From Patescibacteria group bacterium (lineage in GTDB: Bacteria > Patescibacteriota > JAQUNI01), in NCBI GenBank assembly GCA_028717685.1, contig JAQUNI010000001.1:1-52305 (forward strand): DNA of 52,305 bases, read 5' to 3'. This document shows positions 26,544 through 36,240 of this stretch, piece after piece. The notes under the pieces are model-generated. The model did no database searches, was not told where the DNA came from, and saw only the letters and a program-made list of their open reading frames with translations. The position numbers and the translations under genes are program-made. Each line of letters opens with the position of its first letter. Position 1 is the stretch's first letter.

Positions 26544-27290
26544 TTACCCCCAAATCAACAAGGTAGCCATAATGCCAATGCCTGAAATTATAGCCATTAA
26601 CTGTTTTATGGAGGTTTTGGGATTAAATTCATGATGTAATTCCGGAATTAAATCCGCGCCCGCGATATAGATGAAACCGCCGGCGGCAATAGGGAGAATT
26701 ATAGATGAAAATCCAGCCACGACCGAGCCAACTAATAAAGCAATCACCGCGCCCAAAATGGCGGTAGAAGCGGAAAGAAAGTTAAATATAACCGCTTTTT
26801 TGACCGAAAGACCACCATAGACCAAAACACCAAAGTCCCCAATCTCCTGCGGAATTTCGTGTAAAATCACGGCCAAGGTGGTAGCAAGCCCCAAAGAAAA
26901 ATCAAGACTATAACTTGCCGCAATAATCATTCCATCAGTCAAATTATGCAATCCATCGCCAATTAAATTCATCGGCACCACGGGGTGAATATGGGTTTTG
27001 GAATTTGGAATATGACAATGCCGCCAACGCACTACTTTTTCTAAAATAAAGAACAGGCAGATTCCAGCCAAAATCAAAAGGGAAATTAAAAGGTGGTCTG
27101 TCTCGCTTTGAAAAGCTTGAGGCAAAAGATGGATAAAAGCGTCACCAAAAAGACCGCCCACGGCAAAACTCACGAGATAAAGCAATATTTTCTGCAATCT
27201 TTCTTTATTTAAAGAAAGAAAAAAAATCCCCACTAAAGAGATGAGGCTCACAATCACCACGCTCGCAATGGTGTATAACCAAATAGTCAT
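26544..27290 (-). CDS. ZIP-family divalent metal transporter
   Basis: 248 aa with 7-8 TM helices and the HEIPQEIGDFGVL motif (the HExPxExGD signature of ZIP/LIV-1-type transporters). Confidence 0.85.
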   Translation of the reverse strand: MTIWLYTIASVVIVSLISLVGIFFLSLNKERLQKILLYLVSFAVGGLFGDAFIHLLPQAFQSETDHLLISLLILAGICLFFILEKVVRWRHCHIPNSKTHIHPVVPMNLIGDGLHNLTDGMIIAASYSLDFSLGLATTLAVILHEIPQEIGDFGVLVYGGLSVKKAVIFNFLSASTAILGAVIALLVGSVVAGFSSIILPIAAGGFIYIAGADLIPELHHEFNPKTSIKQLMAIISGIGIMATLLIWG

Positions 27291-27384
27291 AGGTTCAAAT
27301 CTTTTTAATTTTTTTTAGTATAGCAAATTTTTGTTAAAAAATAAATAAAAAACCCACCCTAAATTTTGATTGAGTGAGGGTAGA

Positions 27385-28314
27385 TTATTTATTGTAAGCT
27401 TCTAGATGAGGCTCTAAGACCTTCTCTATCCGGTCTGTTTGATCCCAAGGAATGGGCTCTGTCAGCACCCAGGTTTCCTTGTGCGCACACATCTCGCCAG
27501 GCTTCAAGGTCACCCAAGGGCTCATTGTTTCCATTTCCACCATAAAGTTTTCTAGCCCTATATACAAAGCTACATTACAACCACGAGGATACCGTTCTTC
27601 CAGCGCAGTTTCAAACTTCGCAATTTTAAAGAAAGAACAACCGGCGTGGGGCGCGTAACAACCAATCCAACCCTGATGAACAGCAAACATTCTTTTTGCT
27701 TCTATGCCTCGCGGCTCAATGATCATAAGCTCGTCTCTCGCGTCAGGCTGGAACTGGGGATCATTCACGCGCGACGTGTGCCCAGCCCATCTCTTAAAAA
27801 TTACCATCGGCACAGTACTCCAATCACCTTTTCCTCCCAAAGGCACAGCAAAACTTTTTCCTATGGGATCAATGCAAGTTAAAGCCCAGACCCCGCCGCT
27901 CCAGAGCATATCACTGCCATTTCGAATAAAACTCTCCACATCAATCGCACCTGATCCTGCTTCCGTAATACTGAAGCCGCGTTGGATCTTGAAAACGGAA
28001 TCTTGTGCTCCCCAAAATCCCCAAGTGCGGTCCATCGCGCCAAAATAACAAGGTTTATTATCAGGCGCATACGCTTCTTCTGTTTCATCCGCACCCGGAC
28101 GATGCGTCCAAACCCGATGACCGCCATATAAAAACCACCCGCCACGGCACCGCTCTTGATTATCCCAAAAGAGAAGATTATCCTTATTCTGCAAACCAAA
28201 ATGATGAATCCGTGGACCTATGCCAATAGTCACGCCAATTTTATAACCACCATCGGTTGTAAATACTACCTCCTGCAAAGTACCATCTTTTTTAATCTCT
28301 TCAACTTTTTTCAT
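27385..28314 (-). CDS. Hypothetical protein (309 aa), possibly with a mutarotase-like beta-sandwich
   Basis: Long ORF with an AAGGAG RBS. The composition is GC-richer than the neighbours. I cannot assign a family with confidence. Confidence 0.6.
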   Translation of the reverse strand: MKKVEEIKKDGTLQEVVFTTDGGYKIGVTIGIGPRIHHFGLQNKDNLLFWDNQERCRGGWFLYGGHRVWTHRPGADETEEAYAPDNKPCYFGAMDRTWGFWGAQDSVFKIQRGFSITEAGSGAIDVESFIRNGSDMLWSGGVWALTCIDPIGKSFAVPLGGKGDWSTVPMVIFKRWAGHTSRVNDPQFQPDARDELMIIEPRGIEAKRMFAVHQGWIGCYAPHAGCSFFKIAKFETALEERYPRGCNVALYIGLENFMVEMETMSPWVTLKPGEMCAHKETWVLTEPIPWDQTDRIEKVLEPHLEAYNK

Positions 28315-28598
28315 CTTATACTCCTTCTCTAAAAAACAAACCTTAATTCTCTTAAACCTTAAGCTTCCAGAACAACAGTACCACCACCTCCTTCTCTCTA
28401 TAAAATAAAAAAACCTAACCAGAACTTAATATTTTATTATTTTAACAAAGATGTGTCAACTTATAAAAAATCTTGGCTACTTATAAAAAAGTCAAGGCAA
28501 ATAATACACGCACATTTTTTGCGCTTTCTGTTAATCCAAGGGCGCATGAAAATTATGCCCAATCCAACCAGCGAGGAACGGTTAAATAGGTTGCTTTT

Positions 28599-28630
28599 AA
28601 TAAAAAACACTGATTAATAAAATCAGTGTT
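28599..28630 (-). terminator. Intrinsic terminator after the radical SAM gene
   Basis: On the minus strand, AACACTGATT-ttatt-AATCAGTGTT is followed by TTTTATT. It overlaps the stop codon. Confidence 0.7.
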
Positions 28631-30155
28631 AAAGCAGGCTTTCCAGATACGCCTCTTTTTCGCCTAAATCTTCCGAGCTCAAAGGCTCTCCTTTGCAGCT
28701 GTCTTGGGGTCTCTCTACAAGATGTCTTTTGGACCGCGGTAAACCGTCCATAATAAACTGGTACGGCCGCCCGACTCGCCGCTTGCCCCACTCGGAAATC
28801 AGCCGGCAGTATAATATCGCCCGAAAAACATCAAATCTCAATCCTCGAGGTCCCGACAAGGCTTTGCCTAAACTGTAAATTATGGGGAAAACCTGGGCGG
28901 AAACTCTTTTTGCTTCCTCCGGCGACATATAGTAAAGTTTCCTGACGAAATGACCAGTATCATAATTATTCAGGTCCCAATCTATAATTTCCCCGTTGGC
29001 GACGGCATCGCAATAATCTTTTGTCCCCGGAAGAGCCGCCAGCCTGAATGGGGCCACGAAATCGAATGTTGCCGCCATGAGGCGCGCATCATTCAAAATA
29101 TCTTCCTCTCTCTGCCAAGGAAAACCGACAATCCAGCCAGCGTCTACTAAAATGCCGTGCGCGTGGAAGGCGTCCACAATCCGCTTATAGTCTTGCGGCT
29201 GGTTTTGTTTTTTATTGGCTTGCTTTAAAGTTGCAGGATCAAAACTCTCAATACCCAGGAAAACTTGATCCACGCCCGCTGCTGCCAAGTCGGGCACTTC
29301 TTCGGCGACATCCGGGGACGCATCAAGCTGCACAAGAATTTCCAGTTTCCTTTTGAGCTTCGCGTTCAGCCTGATCAATTTTTCTAACAAAACATGATAA
29401 TGCGGGGAACGCCGAAAGTTATCGTCCAGAAACATTATCGGCAGACCGAGCGCGTGCGTTTTTAAAACCCACTCAATAATTCCTTCCGGAGCGCGCGCGC
29501 GGCAGCGCTCCATCTTGCGGCCGCGCAGAACTGTAACCGAACAAAAAGAACAATTAAACGGACAGCCTTCCGCCGTATCCACGCCAGCTAAACGGTTTAA
29601 AGCAAAGCGGTAGCCGTCCCCGATGATATCGGGCATTGCCGGAATAGGCGCCACGCTTAAATCAACAAAAGACCTCTGCCAATATAACGGTTTTAGCGCG
29701 CCGCGCGCCGCATCCTGAATAATCTGGGTGGCGGTCACTTCACCCTCACCCACATTAAAAGAGATGCCTTCTTTTTTCAGAAGCGCGTAAACTTTCCAAT
29801 CTGCCAAAGTAACGCCAATCCCGCCGATGACAACGTCCAAACCTGCCTTTTTAAACTGCCGCGCGAGATCAATAGCCCGTGGCAATTCAAAAGTTTTGGC
29901 GCTTAATAAAATCAGCTTTCGGGCGTAATCACGATTCGCAATAATGCGTTGAATATAAGCATCACCAATCTCTGTTCTTTCATTAATACAGAAGATGTCT
30001 AACGCGATACCCGCTCCAGCCGCCGCTTGCCAAATCAAAGACTTTAACACGCCGAAAATAGGCGGGATCATCAACAGGCGGAAAAACTGAAACAAATATC
30101 CCCCATCATCGTAGGAACTAGGGGAAATTATCCAGACACCCAAATCTTTTTTCAT
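28629..30155 (-). CDS. B12-binding-domain radical SAM protein
   Basis: 508 aa. It has an N-terminal Rossmann-like cobalamin-binding-type region and the radical SAM cluster motif CPFNCSFC (CxxxCxxC) followed by TIM-barrel motifs (FLDDNF, GIESF). Confidence 0.85.
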   Translation of the reverse strand: MKKDLGVWIISPSSYDDGGYLFQFFRLLMIPPIFGVLKSLIWQAAAGAGIALDIFCINERTEIGDAYIQRIIANRDYARKLILLSAKTFELPRAIDLARQFKKAGLDVVIGGIGVTLADWKVYALLKKEGISFNVGEGEVTATQIIQDAARGALKPLYWQRSFVDLSVAPIPAMPDIIGDGYRFALNRLAGVDTAEGCPFNCSFCSVTVLRGRKMERCRARAPEGIIEWVLKTHALGLPIMFLDDNFRRSPHYHVLLEKLIRLNAKLKRKLEILVQLDASPDVAEEVPDLAAAGVDQVFLGIESFDPATLKQANKKQNQPQDYKRIVDAFHAHGILVDAGWIVGFPWQREEDILNDARLMAATFDFVAPFRLAALPGTKDYCDAVANGEIIDWDLNNYDTGHFVRKLYYMSPEEAKRVSAQVFPIIYSLGKALSGPRGLRFDVFRAILYCRLISEWGKRRVGRPYQFIMDGLPRSKRHLVERPQDSCKGEPLSSEDLGEKEAYLESLL

Positions 30156-30199
30156 TACATCACTCCTTTACCCCTTTTAAAAAAGAACAAAGTTTTCTA

Positions 30200-30228
30200 A
30201 CCCCGTTTAGAAATTTATTTCTAACGGG
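30200..30228 (+). repeat. Family-A palindromic repeat
   Basis: CCCCGTTTAGAAATTTATTTCTAACGGGG, 45 nt upstream of the radical SAM start. Confidence 0.85.
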
Positions 30229-30429
30229 GACTCGCAACATTCAGGACTATCAAAACAAAAAAACGGAATTGATAAATTTTATAAGCAAAAATCTAACCAT
30301 ACAAATGGAAGTATAAATAAAAAAAGGTCAGGTTTCAAGTCAGGCTTTTTTTAATTACTCAACTTTATTGCCTGCGATACCCTATAAATAAAAAACCTCC
30401 ATATATGAGAGGATTTCTGTTTAGACAAT

Positions 30430-31413
30430 TTATTTAATTAAACTGATGTCACATTTTTGCTTTATGATTTCGCGCAACAGTTTTTCAATCCGAGCAATAC
30501 TTTCATCGTCAATCACGGAAATTGGAATCACTTCTTTCTTTAATACTTTTAATTTTTTCAATTTTTGAGCAACCTCCTCTTCGCTCGCCAAGTCGATTTT
30601 ACTTAAAATAATATATTCTGTTCTATCTAATAATTCTTTGTTGAAAGCTTTAAGCTCATTTCTAATAATCTTATAATCTTTTATTGGTTCCGGCGATTCC
30701 GCGGAAACAAAATGAAAAAGCGTTTTAGTTCTTTCAATATGCCGTAAAAATTTAATGCCAAGCCCTTTGCCTTCTGACGCCCCTTCAATCAAGCCCGGAA
30801 TGTCGGCTAAAATTAGTTCAAAATAAACTCCGAGATTCGGCTCAAGGGTTGTAAAGGGATAATTAGCCACTTTACTTTTGGCATTAGTTAAACTGTTTAA
30901 CAAACTTGACTTGCCAACATTCGGCAAACCGATAAAGCCAATATCAGCGATCAGTTTTAATTCTAACCTTAACTCACACTCCTCACCCGCTGAACCCTCT
31001 TGAAATTCAGTCGGGCTGGTGTTAATTGGCGAACGAAACATAAAATTGCCTTTTCCGCCCCTGCCCCCTTTGGCTACCAACAGACTCTGCCCAATAGCCA
31101 CTATTTCAATATCCTCGCCACTTGATAAATTATGAACAACTGTGCCAACCGGCACTTTTAAAACCAAGTCCCTGCCATCCGCTCCATTATTTAACTGCCG
31201 CCCTCCTTTTTCTCCGTCTTCTCCTATTAATTCTTTTTTATAACGAAACTGAATTAAGGCGCTCAAATCCGTAACGCCCTTAAAATAAATGTTTCCTCCG
31301 TTGCCTCCTCTTCCCCCAGTCGGGCCAAGAGACATTTTTGTTTTATTAAAAGCCACGTTGCCGTCCCCGCCACGGCCAGCCCTGACCCTAATTTTTACAT
31401 CATCAATAAGCAT
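30430..31413 (-). CDS. obg: GTPase Obg/CgtA
   Basis: 327 aa with an N-terminal Gly-rich Obg fold (RAGRGGDGNVAFNK..GGRGGNGGNI) and G motifs GLPNVGKSS, DIPGLIEGA, SKID. Confidence 0.95.
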   Translation of the reverse strand: MLIDDVKIRVRAGRGGDGNVAFNKTKMSLGPTGGRGGNGGNIYFKGVTDLSALIQFRYKKELIGEDGEKGGRQLNNGADGRDLVLKVPVGTVVHNLSSGEDIEIVAIGQSLLVAKGGRGGKGNFMFRSPINTSPTEFQEGSAGEECELRLELKLIADIGFIGLPNVGKSSLLNSLTNAKSKVANYPFTTLEPNLGVYFELILADIPGLIEGASEGKGLGIKFLRHIERTKTLFHFVSAESPEPIKDYKIIRNELKAFNKELLDRTEYIILSKIDLASEEEVAQKLKKLKVLKKEVIPISVIDDESIARIEKLLREIIKQKCDISLIK

Positions 31414-31502
31414 ATTGATATAATAATGCTCTAATTTTTCTAATTTGTCGAATATTTTCTAAATAAGCATAGAAATAATTCTATAAGGAGGGATATATTT
31501 TG

Positions 31503-31530
31503 GAACAAAAAACTCCCGTGTCGGGAGCTT
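31503..31530 (-). terminator. Intrinsic terminator after the cold-shock gene
   Basis: On the minus strand, GCTCCCGA-cac-GGGAGT is followed by TTTTTGTT. Confidence 0.7.
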
Positions 31531-31549
31531 TTTGCTGAAGCTGAATAGT

Positions 31550-31825
31550 CTATATTTCCATCTTCTCGTCTGTTTCTTCTATCTCGCCTATTTCCTCTGT
31601 TTCATCTGTTGCATCTGTTTCATCTGTCGCAACGCGGGATACGTTCACCGCGTTTGGTCCCTTTGGAGAGTCGGCCTTTTCAAAAGATACTTTGTCACCG
31701 ACTTTTAGCTCGTCATAGCTTACGCCTTTGAGTTCATTGCTGTGAAAAAATAAATCTTTTTCTTCGCCATCCACAGTAATAAATCCAAATCCTTTATCTG
31801 TAAGGGTTTTAATTGTTCCTTCCAT
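31550..31825 (-). CDS. Cold-shock domain protein with an acidic C-terminal tail
   Basis: 91 aa with RNP1 KGFGFI and RNP2-like LFFHS, followed by a ~25-aa T/D/E-rich tail (TDETDATDETEEIGEIEETDE). Confidence 0.9.
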   Translation of the reverse strand: MEGTIKTLTDKGFGFITVDGEEKDLFFHSNELKGVSYDELKVGDKVSFEKADSPKGPNAVNVSRVATDETDATDETEEIGEIEETDEKMEI

Positions 31826-31901
31826 AGTAGTTGTAAAGTTAGTTTAATTAATTTTTTAAGGTTTTACCCTAAAGTTTAGTTCCTTGAATAAACTCGACTA
31901 G

Positions 31902-32078
31902 GGAGCTGGCTGCAAAATTATTCCTACTGCAATTTTATCTTTTTGGCTACGGCTTCGTCAGACATCGCAAAAAGCTTTTCGCCATAGCTCTAGCTATGAC
32001 TCAAACCTTTTTGCTCGTCTTCCTCGCCTCGCCTAAAAATCTAAAATTTCGCTACGAAATAATTTTGTAGTCAGCTCC
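31902..32078. repeat. ~177-bp imperfect palindrome upstream of the cold-shock gene
   Basis: The outer arms GGAGCTGGCTGCAAAATTATT (31902-31922) and AATAATTTTGTAGTCAGCTCC (32058-32078) are complementary at 19/21 positions. The inner arms remain largely complementary around a centre near 31990. Confidence 0.75.
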
Positions 32079-32165
32079 ATTTTTATTAAGCAACTATCTT
32101 ACTTATATAACATTAACATCTAAAAGCCAAATAGTCAAACTGATTAAAATTTGAACTCCTCGGCA

Positions 32166-33437
32166 TTACGCGTTAGCGCCTGCCGCGTATCCAGTGCTCC
32201 AACAAATTTGCAAGTTATAACCGCCTGTGGGACCGTCTAAATCAATAATTTCACCGGCAAAAAATAAATTTTCAATAATTTTTGACCGCATTGTTCGCGA
32301 ATCAATTTCTTTTAAATCAATTCCCCCGCTTGTGATAATCGCCTGGCTAAAACCAGTTGACCGCGAAACATTTAATTCTAAACATTTTAAAAAATTAATA
32401 ATTTTTTTTCGCTCTTCTTTGCTGATACAATTTAATTTTTTATCAGGGCTTATGCCTGTAAACTTAATAATTAAATCGCCCAATCTTTGAGGGAGAAGTT
32501 CCGGCAAATAATTTTTAAAATTCTTGTTTCTTGTAAAGTCCCTTTGTAATCTTTTATCCAATATTAAAACATCCAAAGCCGGCTTTAAATCAATTTTTAA
32601 ACATACTGCCCCTGTAGCCATTAATTCTCCAATTCTCTTGCTTAAATCAAGAATTATCGGTCCGCTTAAACCAAAATGGGTAAAAATCATTTCTCCAAAT
32701 TTTGAGTCCCACTTTTTGTTATTTTGAAAAACAGAAACGCTGACATTTTTTAAAGTTAAGCCCTGCAAACCCTTAACCCAATTTTCTTTGGTTTCTATCG
32801 GCACTAAAGCGGGCATTGGCTTTATAATTTTGTGCCCCATTTTTTGCGCCCATTCATATCCATCGCCGGTGGAACCAGTTCCGGGATAGGCTTTCCCGCC
32901 GGTGGCTAAAATAAACGCCTTGGCAATTATTTCTTTTTCTTTAAGTTTTACTGCTTCAATCCTTCCTTCTTTTACATCAAAGCCAACGACTTTTTGGTTA
33001 AGCAGAACCTTAACTTTATTTTTATTCAAACATCGCGACAAAACATTTAAAACATCCCGCGATTTATCGGAGGCGGGAAAAATTCTGCCGCCTCTTTCTA
33101 CTTTTGTTTTCAAACCCTTTTTTTCAAAAAAATTTATAACTTCCTCGGGACCAAAAGCGAAAAGCGAGGAAAAAAGAAACCGACCTTTCTTTCCTAATTT
33201 TTCAACAAATTTTTTATCATTAAACTCGGCTTGCCCCATCAGAGACGAAGCCTCTAACGGGGCTTGGGTAATATTGCATCTGCCACCCCCGGTAATTAAA
33301 AGTTTTTTGCCAAGAATTGGATTTTTTTCAATCAAAACAACCTTGGCGCCTTTTTCGCCAGCTTTAATCGCGGCTATTATTCCGGAGGGTCCGCCTCCGA
33401 TAACCGCCACATCAAATTTTTCTGGAATTTTGGACAT
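32166..33437 (-). CDS. HI0933/BaiN-family NAD(P)/FAD-dependent flavoprotein
   Basis: 423 aa from the internal ATG with the dinucleotide motif DVAVIGGGPSGIIAA, GGGRCNIT, and the C-terminal GEIIDLDGPTGGYNLQ typical of this family. Confidence 0.85.
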   Translation of the reverse strand: MSKIPEKFDVAVIGGGPSGIIAAIKAGEKGAKVVLIEKNPILGKKLLITGGGRCNITQAPLEASSLMGQAEFNDKKFVEKLGKKGRFLFSSLFAFGPEEVINFFEKKGLKTKVERGGRIFPASDKSRDVLNVLSRCLNKNKVKVLLNQKVVGFDVKEGRIEAVKLKEKEIIAKAFILATGGKAYPGTGSTGDGYEWAQKMGHKIIKPMPALVPIETKENWVKGLQGLTLKNVSVSVFQNNKKWDSKFGEMIFTHFGLSGPIILDLSKRIGELMATGAVCLKIDLKPALDVLILDKRLQRDFTRNKNFKNYLPELLPQRLGDLIIKFTGISPDKKLNCISKEERKKIINFLKCLELNVSRSTGFSQAIITSGGIDLKEIDSRTMRSKIIENLFFAGEIIDLDGPTGGYNLQICWSTGYAAGANA

Positions 33438-33552
33438 AGCAAATAAGTATAACACACATTAGGATGAATGGGAGCAGGTCAAAAATTTTGAGGAACACTG
33501 TATATTTTGAAATAAAAAGGTCAAGATTCAAAACCTGACCTCTATTCCCTTT

Positions 33553-35367
33553 TTATCTCTTCCTTTTATCCCGAATGCGGTCAATTTCGGTTAAGATTTT
33601 TTTTCTTAGGCGGACGGATTGAGGAGTAATTTCCAAATATTCATCATTACTCACAATTTCTAATCCTCTCTCAATAGTTAATTGAAGGGGTGGAGTGAGA
33701 ATCAGCGCTTCCTCGGCGCCTTTGGAGCGCACATTAGTCAAGTGTTTGCCTTTAGTGGGATTAACCGCCATCTCATCGCCTTTGGCTGTGTTGCCGATAA
33801 TCATACCCGCGTAAACTTCAGTGCCCGCGTTAATATAAAGAGCGCCGCGTTCTTGCAAATTATACAGGGCATAAGCGACAGCGGTGCCTGTTGCCATGGA
33901 AACCATTGAGCCGACTTTTTTCTTTTTAATATTGCCAACAAATGGTCTAAAACCGATTACCTGACTATAAAGAATGCCTTCGCCCTTTGTATCAACCACG
34001 AAGTCGCCGCGATAACCCAATAATCCTCGAGTGGGAATTTCAAAAATAATGCGGGTATAATTTTTTTCTTGGGTGAGGCTAGCCATTATCCCCTTTCTTC
34101 GGGATAATTTTTCAATCACCGTGCCCATAGCAAAATTCGGCACGCTCAAGGTTAACTCTTCAAACGGTTCAAGCTTCACCCCATTTTCTTCTTTTATAAT
34201 GACCTGGGGCTCGCTGACCTGAAGCTCGTGGCCTTCGCGCCGCATATTTTCTAATAAAATCGCGACATGCAATTCACCGCGGCCATATACTTTAAAATAA
34301 TCTCCGGGCGAAAAATCAATTTTGAGGCCCACATTCACTTCCAGTTCTCTTTCTAATCTTTCCCGAATTTGGCGGCTGGTTACTTTGGCGCCTTCTTTGC
34401 CCACAAAGGGTGAATTGTTAACTGAAAAATTCAGAGAGATTGTCGGTTCATCAATATTAATCGCGGGAAGAGCTTCCGTGTCTGGATCATCACAAATTGT
34501 TTCACCGATATCAATATCAGGGAGACCGGCGAGCATCACAATATCGCCGGCAGAGGCTTCCGCCACTTCTTTCCTATCCAAGCCTTGAAAGGTAAAGACT
34601 TTAGCAATTTTGCCCGGGCGCGCCGCGCTGCCTCCCTTTTTAACATAAACTTTATCGCCCGCCTGAACAGTGCCTTCGTAGACGCGGCAAATCGCCAATC
34701 GTCCCATAAAATTATCATAAGCAAGATTAAAGGGTTGGACTTTTAACTTCTTCTCACTTAATCCTTCCTTGGAAGCGATCGGGACCTCCTTTAAAATAAG
34801 GTCAAGAAGAGGAGTTAAATCTTTGGATTCATCGCTTAGGTTTTTTTTAGCAATGCCTTCTCTGGCAATCGCATAGACTAAGGGGAATTCAAGTTGTGCT
34901 TCATTGGCGCCGAGGTCAATAAAAAGTTCGATTAATTTATCATGCACCCAGGCTGACCGCGCCGCTTCTTTGTCTATTTTATTAATCACTACGATCGGCT
35001 TTAATCCGAGCTCTAAAGATTTTTTAAGAACGAATTTAGTCTGGGGCATAGGACCCTCCTGCGCGTCCACGACTAAAATGACGGAATCTATGGAACGCAA
35101 AACGCGCTCCACCTCGGAACCAAAATCAACATGACCGGGAGTATCCACGATGTTAATTTTAGTGCCCTTGTAAAAAATAGAGGTATTTTTGGAGTAAATG
35201 GTAATGCCGCGCTCTTTTTCAAGATCATTAGAGTCCATGCTGAACCCTTCTTCTGCCGCGCCAGTTTGGCGCATTAGGGCATCGGTAAGGCTGGTTTTAC
35301 CATGATCAACATGGGCAATAATGGCGATATTTCTAATTTTTATTTTATCAGAATCTCCGATTTCCAT
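33553..35367 (-). CDS. typA: Translational GTPase TypA/BipA
   Basis: 604 aa with G1 AHVDHGKTS and G3 DTPGH, and EF-G-like domains lacking domain IV. The length and C-terminal domain are typical of BipA. Confidence 0.95.
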   Translation of the reverse strand: MEIGDSDKIKIRNIAIIAHVDHGKTSLTDALMRQTGAAEEGFSMDSNDLEKERGITIYSKNTSIFYKGTKINIVDTPGHVDFGSEVERVLRSIDSVILVVDAQEGPMPQTKFVLKKSLELGLKPIVVINKIDKEAARSAWVHDKLIELFIDLGANEAQLEFPLVYAIAREGIAKKNLSDESKDLTPLLDLILKEVPIASKEGLSEKKLKVQPFNLAYDNFMGRLAICRVYEGTVQAGDKVYVKKGGSAARPGKIAKVFTFQGLDRKEVAEASAGDIVMLAGLPDIDIGETICDDPDTEALPAINIDEPTISLNFSVNNSPFVGKEGAKVTSRQIRERLERELEVNVGLKIDFSPGDYFKVYGRGELHVAILLENMRREGHELQVSEPQVIIKEENGVKLEPFEELTLSVPNFAMGTVIEKLSRRKGIMASLTQEKNYTRIIFEIPTRGLLGYRGDFVVDTKGEGILYSQVIGFRPFVGNIKKKKVGSMVSMATGTAVAYALYNLQERGALYINAGTEVYAGMIIGNTAKGDEMAVNPTKGKHLTNVRSKGAEEALILTPPLQLTIERGLEIVSNDEYLEITPQSVRLRKKILTEIDRIRDKRKR

Positions 35368-35637
35368 AAAAAAAATTTAATGAAGTTTTTAATAAAAAAC
35401 CCCGCTTACAAAAGAAGGGGGGAATTTTTCCGTTCCATCCTCGCTTTCTTTACTTGGATTATACCATATTTTTGTAAAATGACAATAGCGACAAAAAAAA
35501 TTAACTTTAGTTGCCAAATTTACTCCTTCGTGCTATTATATACAGCTCTTGAATCCCCTGCCGCAAACGGCGGAATGTAAAAATTCAATAGACAACTGCA
35601 TACTAGAAACTGTAAATCTATAAAGGAGGTAAGGAAG

Positions 35638-36225
35638 ATGTCCAGAGGGTTATATTATATCCCAATGTTGCATACGGAAGAAGAGCTGGGCGGGCTAAAA
35701 GAAACCTTAACAGAAGCGCACAAGAGTTTGTTTAGCGCCCAACAAACAGAGGTGTTATTCAAAGAGATAAAAGAATACTGGAGATTGGTGGCAGAGAGAA
35801 TTGAAAAAGCCGCGTTTCGCGAAAGAGAAACTGCCTCTCCCCTGCACATTTTTGTAGACAGTTTACCCAATGGCACAGAAGATCTGATCCAGAAAACAGT
35901 ACAGAGCTTAATCGCTTCAGGCAAAATCCCTGCCTACCAAATTATTGCCAAACTGCAAGCGGACGGCGCAAAAGTGCACGGCACAGAAAATCTTGAATGG
36001 CTTATTAAAGAGGTTAACTATTGGAAAGCTGTGGTCGGGCGCGAGCGACTAAGAAACCCCCAAGAGGAAAAAGAGCTCCTTGAAAATCGCGATAAGGCGA
36101 TAATTGACCGCATCAACGAAGTAGTGCCCCAAGAAGAAATAGGCATTCTTTTCATCGGCAGAATGCATAATGTGGTAAAACCGCTAACCCAACAGCCATA
36201 CAACTTTGAAATAATCTATCTATGA
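35638..36225 (+). CDS. Hypothetical protein (195 aa)
   Basis: An AGGAGG-type RBS (AAAGGAGGTAAGGAAG-ATG) precedes it. I recognise no family. Confidence 0.6.
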   Translation: MSRGLYYIPMLHTEEELGGLKETLTEAHKSLFSAQQTEVLFKEIKEYWRLVAERIEKAAFRERETASPLHIFVDSLPNGTEDLIQKTVQSLIASGKIPAYQIIAKLQADGAKVHGTENLEWLIKEVNYWKAVVGRERLRNPQEEKELLENRDKAIIDRINEVVPQEEIGILFIGRMHNVVKPLTQQPYNFEIIYL

Positions 36226-36240
36226 AAGAAGGTGAAAAGT

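Noticed and set aside
27452-28229. Several 68-114-aa ORFs on both strands within 27385..28314
   Set aside because: They are overlapping or antisense shadows of the longer, RBS-preceded 309-aa ORF in a GC-richer segment, where long spurious ORFs are expected.
32227-33462. Plus-strand ORFs including a 186-aa one (32902..33462)
   Set aside because: They lie antisense to the HI0933-family flavoprotein gene, which has clear FAD-binding motifs. Their composition is low-complexity and S/F/K-rich.
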